NCBI GenBank assembly: GCA_000934665.2
Contig: KZ538641.1
Location: 1-57,533, forward strand
Direction of reading: 5' to 3'
DNA length: 57,533 nucleotides
DNA from: Catajapyx aquilonaris
Lineage: Eukaryota
Below the pieces are notes generated by a model, which saw nothing but the letters and a program-made list of their open reading frames with translations, was not told the origin of the DNA and did not search any database. How positions within the stretch are numbered: the stretch's first letter is position 1; each line of letters begins with the position of its first letter. The translations under genes were made by a program, and so were the position numbers. Positions 38,897 to 49,454 of the stretch are shown here, in pieces.

Positions 38897-41310
38897 ACAG
38901 TAGTCTTACATGCAATTAAAACGCTCCTGTATACATCACAGTTGCAATAATTTCATTAACCAGTTGTGGCATCCAGTCCTGGAGATGAAGAAGTCATCCT
39001 CCGCTCCCTCTCTTTCCCTGATTTATCCCAATCCCCGCATCGTGAACCAACCTGCCTCGTATACCCAACTAAAGCAAGGCGATAAAGAAGCCTATAAGCC
39101 CCCATTGACGTCATAATTATCCGGCTAGAGCCCATTCCATCGGCCATAAAAATCGGTAGGGGGTCTCTGACCAAAGGCTCCACCGCCTGTTCCGAAGCAC
39201 ACATTACCACCGGTCAAAGCGACAACCACGTTTCTTCAACCTCACACCTGTATCCTCATCACTTTGCCCCTCTCACACCCAGTCCTCCTCCTCCTCCTCC
39301 CTCTCACACCTCCATTTGACAACGATGGATAATCATCGTGATTAATGCTAATGAGCGCGGCAAGGACTCTCCATCTTATTTCTCTCTTTTTTTAGTTGTT
39401 AAAAAGGTCTGCAGGACCAGCCCGGAAATGGTTGTGTGATCAATGGTAAACCCTGAACAAGTTGTTAATCCTCTCAATTGTTTCAAATGTTGTTATACGT
39501 ACCAATCATGATTAACAAGGATCAACAACTTGATCTGGATTCAATTATTTATTAATTAGTTCATACCCTTAAATTGAAATTGTTGAGTTTTTAGTGTTTC
39601 GGTGCAATTATTTTGTTTTTATTGAAATTATTGAATTTCAATCCTTTTTTTCAAATCGACTCATTAATTAATATATTAGTTCATGCGTTTACATTGAACT
39701 TGTGGGATTTTTGTGTGCTTCAATGAAATTATTTTGTTTATTGATATTATCAAATTTGCACGCTTTTGTGCGATACATTTAACATTTTAAATGAAAGTTA
39801 ATTAATTAATTAAAGTGCAAAATTAAATTGTGTGTCCAATTAAAATTATTATATTTGGGTGTTAAATGTTAAATTAAATTTAGCCCAATAAGCCAATCGT
39901 CGTGCAAATTTACTTATTTATTAAATCGAAATCCAAATTCGTTTAATTTAATTCAAACGGTTAAATTATGATGCATTGAAATTAGACTACCGGTACTGTA
40001 TTTTGATTTAATTGTCAAAATTTAATTCTTTAGTTTCATTTCTCTAATAAGGTGTAATTTTCATGCAAATTTATAATTTTAAGTTGAAATATTAGTTTAC
40101 TTTCAGTTAGATTGTTAAAAATGTACTGAAATTTTATTACTTTAAATTAACCGTCAAATTAAAATGTACTGAAATTTTATTACTTTAAATTAATTGTCAA
40201 AATTTCTCTTATGTACTCTGTCAAATTCTAATTAACTCATTAACTTAATTAGTGAGTCCAGAGCAAGTAAATTTTGGCTAACTAGTTGGCAGAAATATTT
40301 TGAAACAATTGATCACTGGATTTTACCACGGGTCCTAATAGATTGTTGGACATTAGTATTGCCCATCGCTCCGGATCCGGATAAAAAATAGTCCGCCCGA
40401 CCTTTTGACCTCCCTCTCCGCATACCAAAGGAGGCAGTGTTGCCACGTGCCGGTCCCCCGAATTCCTCGTGTCATTCTCTTCATTTACCTCCCCTCAGGA
40501 CATCCCTACAAATGTTCTTTTCACATTACCGACCAATGATTATTTCCTATATATACCCAGGGGGATAAAAACTAATGTTTCAATTGACCTGTCATCTTCT
40601 CCAAATCGGATGATGTCCCAATTTATAATGCTCAAGAGGGGGGTAATTAGACGCAATTTTTGCGATGGAATTCCGCGTGTATATAAAAAATAGGTGTTTG
40701 AACATCTGCGACCGATTGTTGTTGGAATCTCTAACATGTTATTTATCCCATAACCGGTGTTGGAGTCGTCGCTGTTGATTCGCCTCTTAATTTAAACCAA
40801 TAGAAAGCCAAGGATTTTTCTTGGGGGCACAATGCCAGAACCGGAAGATCGCAATTAATTCGGTTTTATTATGATTATTGAATGTGGGGGATGGGGTGGG
40901 GTGGGGTGTGGGGAGAAGATGGCCGCTTCCTTGCACCGTCACAGAGCCATCTATTGAAAGGGGCGAAACTGCTCCTCCTCCCTTTCAGTACCAAAAAGCA
41001 GTCGGCGTCTTTTACCATCTCGTCGGCGACCTTTCGAACCCCCTCTTTTTCTACACTCTACCCCGACCCCTTTCAACGCCTTCAGCCCTCCTGCCAAGTC
41101 CTGGAAATATATTGCACATACCTGAAATACCGGCTCGAGGAAATGCAAAAATTCACGCAAACTACGGTATGTTGCTCCACCACACACCAGAACAGCAAAC
41201 TTGCATATTAACCATTGGTGTACGCTTCACATTGTCAAATATGTTATGCAGTTGGCAAATCATATGTAGAATTGGCTAAGCGTGACTTTGTCCCTACACG
41301 CGGTACATGT

Positions 41311-41395
41311 AGTCACAACAAGTAGTGTGCAGAGGCACCTAAGCGCCAACTACTAGTTGGCGCTTAGGTGCCTCTGCACACTACTTGTTGTGACT
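41311..41395. repeat. Perfect 85-bp palindrome (42-bp arms, 1-nt centre)
   Basis: agtcacaacaagtagtgtgcagaggcacctaagcgccaacta-c-tagttggcgcttaggtgcctctgcacactacttgttgtgact. Confidence 0.97.
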
Positions 41396-41718
41396 GTGGC
41401 CTGTCGTATTACGTCCAAATGAGGGGGAGGGCCGGGCAGTGTTGCCACATTTTGGCAACAAGGTCACTCCTATAGATGATTTTTTTACGAGCGCAACCGA
41501 GTGCGCACCGATACTCGCGCAATTTGACACCAACGTTGCCACAGTTACTCCCCAGGAGACCAAATTCACACAGCAGGTAGTCTCTAAGAGCCTTGGAAAC
41601 ATCGCAAAAGTCGGCCATATTGTGCCCCCCTCAAACTTAGCGTTGGAAACAATTTGCGCGAACTGCGTTTCGCACTCGTTTGCGCTCATAAAAATTTCTT
41701 ATAGCCTACAGTAAGAAA

Positions 41719-41959
41719 TCTATAATATTAAAATCCTTGCGGGAGTTGGCCGAGCCCTCTGATTGGTCCGCCGCATATTGTTACCGCCACCTCCCCATTG
41801 GCCCGCGTTCTACTCATGAGCAATGGGGTGTAAACAACTCCTGTTGGATTGCCGGGGAAACTGTCCATTCCCCGGCGATATGGTGCGCCGAATAGGTACC
41901 GCAGGCCGTAGGCCTAGAAAAGAGCGAGCGAAGCGAGTGGTGTGCGAGCGTTTTCCTAG
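41719..41959 (+). mobile_element. Non-autonomous Helitron family H1, both ends present
   Basis: A|TCTATAATATTAAAAT 5' end, gcgagcgaagcgag subterminal motif, CTAG|T 3' end; relatives at 29783 and 33888. Confidence 0.7.
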
Positions 41960-41998
41960 TGATAATAATAAAGGCCTATACAGTCAGTATATCTTATA

Positions 41999-42149
41999 TC
42001 TACATATACAAAAGGCAAAGTTTGTTCATTCGTTCGTTTGTCCAGGTTTGGTTTCCATACCAACGATGGTATAGCGAAGTGTTCCGTTGTCAGTTCGCAA
42101 ATAATTAAGAAACAACAACATACACAATAATAATAATAATAATAATAAC

Positions 42150-42210
<61 letters not shown>

Positions 42211-42307
42211 TAAAAAAGTAGTGTCAACTGAAAATATTTCCAGGGTTGGTTCCCCCTCCTTGTGTATGTATATAAAAAACACCGATGTGCCGGGGCTGTT
42301 TAGCAAG
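41999..42307 (+). mobile_element. Probable Helitron family H2 copy carrying an expanded (AAT)n tract
   Basis: 5' A|TCtacatatacaaaaggcaaagtttgttcattcgttcgtttgtc resembles the 30081 element. The 3' end is degenerate (gccgggg...agCAAG|T), so the right boundary is weak. Confidence 0.4.
42127..42210. repeat. (AAT)n microsatellite
   Basis: Read directly from the sequence. Confidence 0.97.
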
Positions 42308-42938
42308 TGTTCACACCTGGTAACTCTGCGGGGAGCATCGCGGGTGCGCTTGGTGCCTGCGCCGAGAGGGCAAGAGGGGTCTCCGAGGGGGGTCACGTGA
42401 TTTACGGCCGCCAGTTGGCACGCCAGGCGACACGGTCGCCGCCATCTTTCCACACTGGGAGGGGGGAATGCGGCAGGGTTGCCAGGTGCGTCCGTTTCCC
42501 CATCATGGCCAGTTAGGTTAAAATACGATCCACACCACCTGGCAACACCTCCCTTGATCGGCGGGTCCAAAGCGAGCCGGCATGGCTTCATCACGCTCAG
42601 GTGTCCCCTTCCAAACACCTCTGCTGACGTATAAGCTGCATCCCCCCCATATAATATGTATACATCCAGTCCTCATACACACTCGGCTATTCCGTGTCAA
42701 AGTGGGGCCCGGCGGGGGCCTTTGAAGCGCCTTTCTTTATTTTATTTTTTATGTATGTAAAGTGGCAGTCCTCGACCTCGGTCGCGTCTGAAATTATGTC
42801 TTTGCACTCACGTGTGGCCGTTTCGTGCGGAAGGAACTTTGTATCTGTTCCAGTACTGGATGGCCGACGTGGCTGGAGGATTACGGAGACCAAATGTTTT
42901 CGTGTACAGTTTTTGAAAATTAAAAAAGTTCCGGACAA

Positions 42939-43269
42939 GTGCTGCAGGCCACGCTAACTTGCCATTGACGTCATCGTTTTGTTTACCAACTCATAGTCAA
43001 CGGCCGATACTGGCAGAGCGCACCCCTGGAACCTCCCACTATAGTTTCACGTTTCCATGGAGAATAGCCTCAATGGGAGTAAACAGTGTTCTTTTTGTTG
43101 ACACCGTGGTTGACACTGTTTACTCATAATTGTTGTTGGAAGACATTTCCAATGGAAACTTGAAAAGCGGAGGTTCAAAGCAGGGGTACGTTCGGCAGAT
43201 TATCGTTGACTATAGGAGGTTGGTAAACAAAACGATGGCTTCAATCGCAAGTTAGCGTGGCCTCAGCAC
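42939..43269. mobile_element. Palindromic element of about 330 bp related to MITE family A
   Basis: aggccacgctaacttgc.attga..catcgttttgtttaccaac is mirrored by gttggtaaacaaaacgatg..tcaat.gcaagttagcgtggcct. The core shares ttgacactgtttactcata and tttcca(a)tggaaac with family A. Confidence 0.75.
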
Positions 43270-43405
43270 GGAAAACGAGAGAACGATCTGACGTCATCAA
43301 GCTCTCCATGGAAATATACCCTCACAGAACAATATGAGCAAACAGTGTCAACAAAAAGCAACAATGGACGAAACGATGACGTCAGATCGTTCTCTCGTTT
43401 TCCGT
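43268..43405 (+). mobile_element. MITE family A, intact copy
   Basis: acggaaaacgagagaacgatctgacgtcatc ... gatgacgtcagatcgttctctcgttttccgt; interior colinear with 4263-4403. Confidence 0.88.
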
Positions 43406-44760
43406 ACATTGCTAGTGAATCCGTTGCCAAAATTTTGTAGAGTAATATTCAGCATGTTTGTTTGTCCGGGGTGAGTCATCACCTCACTTCCTCAACTTCG
43501 CCGGGTCTACAGTACGGTACTTTCTTACCTAATGTAGGTGGCGCATCCTTCCTTTCAACTCTCCGAAAAAAAGACTACCGACTGCAAGGGATTTCTGGGA
43601 CTTTGAAGTAGAGTTTTCAGACACAAATGGAACCCGCTACATACGCCGACCATATACCCACAAAATTCCCCACCTGTGCATTATTATTTCTCCGGTGTAA
43701 AAACATACGGGGATGCTGCCTGCATTTCTTTTGTGATATGTTTGAATCAAGATATTTGCTATGGTTTTTTACACAATAAAACTGTTTCATTATTTTTTTA
43801 AAAATTGCAAATAATTTATTCTTTGATTCAAGTCCGTGTCTGTAGCGGAATGCACTAGTAAGAATCGCGTCGGTAGATGGCAGGCAGCCATTGGGTCAGT
43901 CCCTCGCGATAACAGCTAGTTTCCAGCGACTACCCACCATCTCTGGAGCGAAACAGAAACTACACGACAAAATCATCGACTCATCATCGTCTGCCTGGCC
44001 ATCCAAAGTCCAAACCCAAAGAGAAAGCTCGACTCTCAAGCACTGTCAACAACATAAATAGAGAACAAACACCTTGGCACTTGAAAAATCTTCATCCACT
44101 TTCCCATGAAACATCGGGTCATCGGGGTCATCTCAAGAGTCGCAACGACCCATTGGCCCAGTGACCGTCCACGTGACAACTGATTGCGGAAGTGACCCAA
44201 CACAAAAGGCAGCTGTTGCTACGTCGTCGTCGTGCCTTCATCAGGGCAGTCTAGTTGACACTGCGGATGTAACAGGTAGGTTTGGCACACTACAAAGAAA
44301 ATTTAATAGAGAATTAATTGAGTTGGTCAGTAGGTATGTCAAGGCCATCACAGATAACCCCTCAAGGAGTAACTGTAATTGATATGTAATCAGCAGGGGG
44401 AACAGTCACAACCAGTTGTGTCAGCATAACAAATATTACAAGGCAAAAATTTTACTGTTTAATAATCTAACTGTGCAATGAACCAAACTGCAAAAGGAAA
44501 ATTTTCCTGGCAGCACACCAAGCGTGACCAACAACGCCGCACGAATAAGGTTTCCCTATTGTCACCTTATTCATGTAACCCTCACTTGAAAATGTGTACA
44601 GAGCACTGCCCTGTGCACAATAGAGTCGGTTGTTAACATTGTAACTTTCAAAAAAAACTGAATCATTATTTTAGCCAGATTTTATGGAGTGTGAAATGTG
44701 CTCATCTGTGATATAGTTTCAGATAAGGGTACAGTGTAGATGAGCAGCTAGTTTCCTGCG

Positions 44761-45806
44761 ATGGCATCTGAAGATTTAAGCATCAAAGGATGCTTGGCGG
44801 ATTATGGCTTTCCGGCTATGATTTTACTAATACTTCTCATATTCCTCAAGAAGGCCTTCAAGCCCCTTCGCAATAAGTAAGTATCCTGGTTAAAAAAAAA
44901 AGGTCACATGGCATGACTTATTAGCATTGTCATCAAACAATGTTTAATGGAGTTGTAAACTTATGACCAGCTCACTAATATTTATGTTAAACCATTTCAG
45001 ATTCTTTGCGCGGTTATGCTCAAGTTGTATAAATGACTACAATCGTGTGACAAACAGTTACAAGGAGGTGTTGTTCACCACTTTGAATGACATGGAGTCT
45101 GCAGATTGGAAGCTCAAAAACGTAGGGCAGCTCAGGATCTTGGAAGTCGGAGCTGGGGCTGGTCAGATATCGTAGTTGTGGCAATTTATGTGGGGACAAA
45201 ATCAAATTTTTGAAATACGTGTGTACAATTCCAGGTGCCAATTTCAAGTACTACCCGAAGAACAGCCGACTAGTGGTAGTGGAGCCCAACCCGTACTTTC
45301 CGGACTATTTTCACAAAAATCACTCAGAATTCAAGCATGTCACCTTGGAGCAATTCTATGAAGCCTACGGAGAGGACATGAAGGTGATTGAAGACAACAG
45401 TGTGGATGCAGTGGTAAGCACCATCGTCCTCTGCAGTGTACAAGATGTCAGGAAAGTCCTGAAGGAAGTCAAGAGGGTGCTGGTACCGGTAAGTGAACAT
45501 GAAAATGTGCCGTATTTCAAAGAATGTTTTGTACAAATATTTCATTTCCAGGGAGGAAAATTTCTGTACCTGGAACATGTGTATGACAAAAAAGGAACAT
45601 GGCTGCATTTGGTTCAGACTGTCCTGAGCTTCACTGGGATCTGGCCGTTCCTCTTTGACGGTTGTACACTTAATAGGAACATTGACCAGATGGTTAGTGA
45701 AGCAGGGTTCTCTAAGGTGGATCAGAAGAGGTTCATGCTGGACGTCCCAAAAACTAGTGTGTTCGCCTTCGTCAGGGCGCATGCCATGGGAACTGCCACC
45801 AAATGA
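44761..45806 (+). CDS. METTL7: METTL7/TMT1-like SAM-dependent (thiol) methyltransferase, copy 1; exons 44761-44876, 45001-45161, 45235-45488, 45552-45806; 261 aa
   Basis: Exons of 116+161+254+255 nt join in frame across GT-AG introns. N-terminal hydrophobic anchor (FPAMILLILLIFL), motif I ILEVGAGAGANF, then VEPNP, GEDM, DNSVDAVV, LCSV, GGKFLYLEH and FDGC, in the order seen in METTL7A/B. Confidence 0.92.
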
Positions 45807-46065
45807 TCTGCGGCCATGCTTGTCAACGAGGGAGCTAGTACCTCTGTAAATACTTATGAAGATACAGCCGGACCAAAAAAGCAAGGATGACCATATTTGT
45901 TCAGGTCTACAAGTCAGCAAGGTGCTATTATTATAATACGTCAGAACTTCTACTGCACTTATTCCCGGCTTATTCCAGTTCTTACAGAAGTGACAGACTA
46001 TACAGTACTATGTGGTCGGCCCCAAGCTATATTTTCTCCTACAAGCTGTTCGCAATTATATTACT

Positions 46066-46071
46066 AATAAA
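46066..46071 (+). terminator. Candidate polyadenylation signal, methyltransferase copy 1
   Basis: AATAAA 260 nt after the stop, followed by T/GT-rich sequence. Confidence 0.45.
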
Positions 46072-47661
46072 AATTGAATCAACTTTATTGTGACTCACTG
46101 TGTGGGGACATTAATCTGAAGTAAAAATTGTGCCAAGTGCCAACTGCCCCGATAGTATGTTGTACTCTAGAACTACACATCATTATTTTCCTAAAAACAT
46201 AGTTTCCATCTGTACTATCAACTATCTAAAGTTTACAGCCTGATGCAAAAGTCATGCAGTGATTTTAATTTCTTCGGGAAGTTGAAGAACTACAGGGTGT
46301 CACTTTTAGAGTGTGCCTGTAATAAGGTAAGTTCACTGATAACATACTACCACATTTAGGGTTGATTCCAGTGAATTAGTGACTGGGATTGTGTGGCATT
46401 GCCATTGGCTGTAGCAAGTAGCAACCATGAAAGTCCAGGAATAATACTTCCCTATTGTGTTACAGGGTTACAGTGTGTGACCCGGTCAGATGGGTTTAAG
46501 GCGGATTGATTAGCCCATAAGAGCTCCCTCCGTCCTATTGTGTTACAAGGAAAAGTGCTGATAATAAGTACTGGCATCAAAAATTATTTTGACAACTTTA
46601 TAGTGTGTGTGTAACATTTAGTGTTCAGGTTTCTCTGTTATTTGTTTAGCCCTGAATTAAAATTCCTGTGCACCAAAAACAATAGTGTATTAAATTCCAA
46701 TTTCTTCTGATAATTATCAAATAATATTCAAAAGTGTTGGCCAGATGGATTACTTTTCACCACAAGTGGAACATGGAAGAATAAGTTATGCAGCATTTGA
46801 AAATATATATTGCCATCACCACCGCAAAAAAACCCAAATGACTGAATTCAAGTCTGCACATACAGCATTGTTTATTAAAAGCTCTTCAACACCACTTCAG
46901 TTTAAGATGATTTATATCATCAAATTATTGCAATTTTAATCCTTACACTATAATTTTATTTACTTTCAAAGATCAAATAGGAACATGGAAATTATTTCTT
47001 TGATATTTTCAGGTATTGCAAGAATCCGCATCTAAAACTCTCAATTTTGAAATATAACTTATTACAAGTTTTAAATGGTTGCAGCCTCGCATAGGAGGCG
47101 CCTTCTACCATGAGATAATTTATATTTCATTTTTTTTCTAACTCCCAATTTTTACGCATAGTTGCACGTTGTTGAGTAAAATTTATATTTAAATGAAATA
47201 AACCATTCTGCTACTATCATTACACAGGTTAAGCTCCACATTAATACAGTACAATGTATATTATACCTGACAATGTATGTCAAGCAGCGTAAAACGTGAA
47301 GGCGTGTAAAATCAAGAAAAAAAACATGAGGTTTGAGATTCCTTTTTTAAAAAAAAACTAGAAGGTATGTTTGGAAGTAAGGGTTATGCACAAAAATGCG
47401 TTTGTTACGCGTACAATTACAACAAGGAAGTCATGACTTCTAGTATCTGAATACGATAACCCAATAACCACAAGAAACCCTTTCAAATAATAAATATTTT
47501 ATCGCATGTAAGGCTCTTGCTTTCCAAGTTACATAAAAGAGTGAAGGACTGATGTTGAAGGTTGTTCTCCAGCTGCAGTAGAGTAAGTGACTTAATAATG
47601 TAACTTGTGCTAATCATTGCTGTATAATTATGATCTATTCTCAGGAGAGGGTCTATCGATA

Positions 47662-48685
47662 ATGGCTTCCGAAGATTTAAGCATCAAAGGATGTCTGGTG
47701 TCTTATGGCTTTCCAGCTATTATTTTGCTAATACTCCTCATATTCCTTAAGAAAGCCTTCAAGCCCATTCGCAATAAGTAAGTATCCCAGTTTATGACCG
47801 TATGGCCTGACATTTTGGTTTAATTGCGTTTTACTGAGAGATCATTAATATTAATGTTGAACAATTTCAGATTCTTTGCGGGATTCATGGCAAGTCGCAC
47901 GGATAACTTCAATATTGTGACAAACAGTTACAAGGAGGTTTTGTTCAAGACTTTGAATGGCATGGAATCTGCAAATAAGCAGCTCAAAAACGAAGGACAG
48001 CTCAGAATCTTGGAAGTCGGAGCTGGAGCTGGTCAGACATTATTATTTTATAATCGTGACAATTTAAGTGGGGACCAAATCCAATTTTTGACATACATGT
48101 GTACAATTCCAGGTGCCAATTTCAAGTACTACCCGAAGAACAGCCGACTAGTGGTAGTGGAGCCCAACCCGTACTTTCCAGACTACTTTCACAAAAATCA
48201 CTCAGAATTCAAGCACGTGACCCTGGAGAAATTCTGCGAGGCCTACGGAGAGGACATGAAGGCGATTGCTGACAACAGTGTGGACGCAGTGGTAAGCACC
48301 ATCGTCCTCTGCAGTGTACAAGATGTCAGGAAAGTCCTGAAGGAAGTCAAGAGGGTGCTGGTACCGGTAAGTGAACAGGAAAATGTGATGTATGTCAAAG
48401 AAGGTTTTCTGACAAACATATGATTTCCAGGGAGGAAAGTTTCTGTACCTGGAACATGTGCATGACAAAAAAGGAACATGGCTGCACTTGGTTCAGACCG
48501 TCCTGAGCATCACTGGGACCTGGCCATTTATCTTCGACGGTTGCATGCTGAATCGGAACATTGACAAGATGGTCAGCAGAGCAGGGTTCTCCAAGGTGGA
48601 TCAGAAGAGGATCATGCTGGACGTCCCAACAATTAGCATATGCGCCTTTGTCAGGTCTCATGTCATGGGAACTGCCACCAAATGA
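47662..48685 (+). CDS. METTL7: METTL7/TMT1-like methyltransferase, copy 2; exons 47662-47777, 47871-48031, 48113-48366, 48431-48685; 261 aa
   Basis: Same exon lengths, intron phases and motifs as copy 1, and its closest paralog. Probable 5'UTR intron at 47583-47644 (GTAAGT ... ctaat ... ttctcag). Confidence 0.92.
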
Positions 48686-49454
48686 TGTCAACAATGGAGC
48701 CAGTATATCTGTAAATACTTTCTGAAGATACATCGCCAGACCAAAAATTGTGGATGGCCATATTCGTGGCACATTTGTTCAGTAAAGGAGACAAGTCAGA
48801 ACAGTGCTTTTATTACGGCGTCTGAACTTCCATCTATCCTCTACAGCCATATTTCGTGTAAAAGTGATAGTGATTTTCATTCCTGCACCATTAACATTAA
48901 CGCATTTTGACATCGAGTGCCCAACGACAAAGTGGTTCGTATACATTATTGCACTTGGGGTTCATTCGTTTAGTACAAGTCCTCACAAGGTGACATCATA
49001 TACAAGTTACATCACAGCATCCTTATCTCAACTCGAGTATGACGTCTCCGGCAGTCCGATACATGCAGCTAGACAATCACTCGAGACATTCGCTGGCATC
49101 AGGAGTGATTGTCAACGTCTGAGTGTGCACCTCATTGTCACAAATAGGACTCAAAAGGTAGTACTTGTTATTATACATTTTGACAGTAGGTTTATGTAAA
49201 TAAGGTTCAGCATGCGAGCAAGTGCAGCTTGCTTTTCAGATGACACTATGTCAAGGTTATCATGTGGCCTTGTGACTGACAGCATTAAATATGAAGGATG
49301 TTGTTGGCAGGGTTATGAACATTAATTAAGAGGATCATCACAGTTTCAGTTAGAGCTCCTGTTAAGTGTAGAAAATAAACAACATTTTCGTGGAGGGCCT
49401 GGTCAATTAACTACTGTGTTTGTAATATTGTTGCAGGAAAAATTCTAACTGAGG

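Noticed and set aside
39414..40334. AT-rich block with possible degenerate TIRs (gtgatcaat / attgatcac)
   Set aside because: The match is too short and gapped to support by eye; it may be an old TE relic.
41956..42618. 220-aa minus-strand ORF
   Set aside because: Held open by an (ATT)n microsatellite (poly-Tyr) and GC-rich sequence; no recognisable domain.
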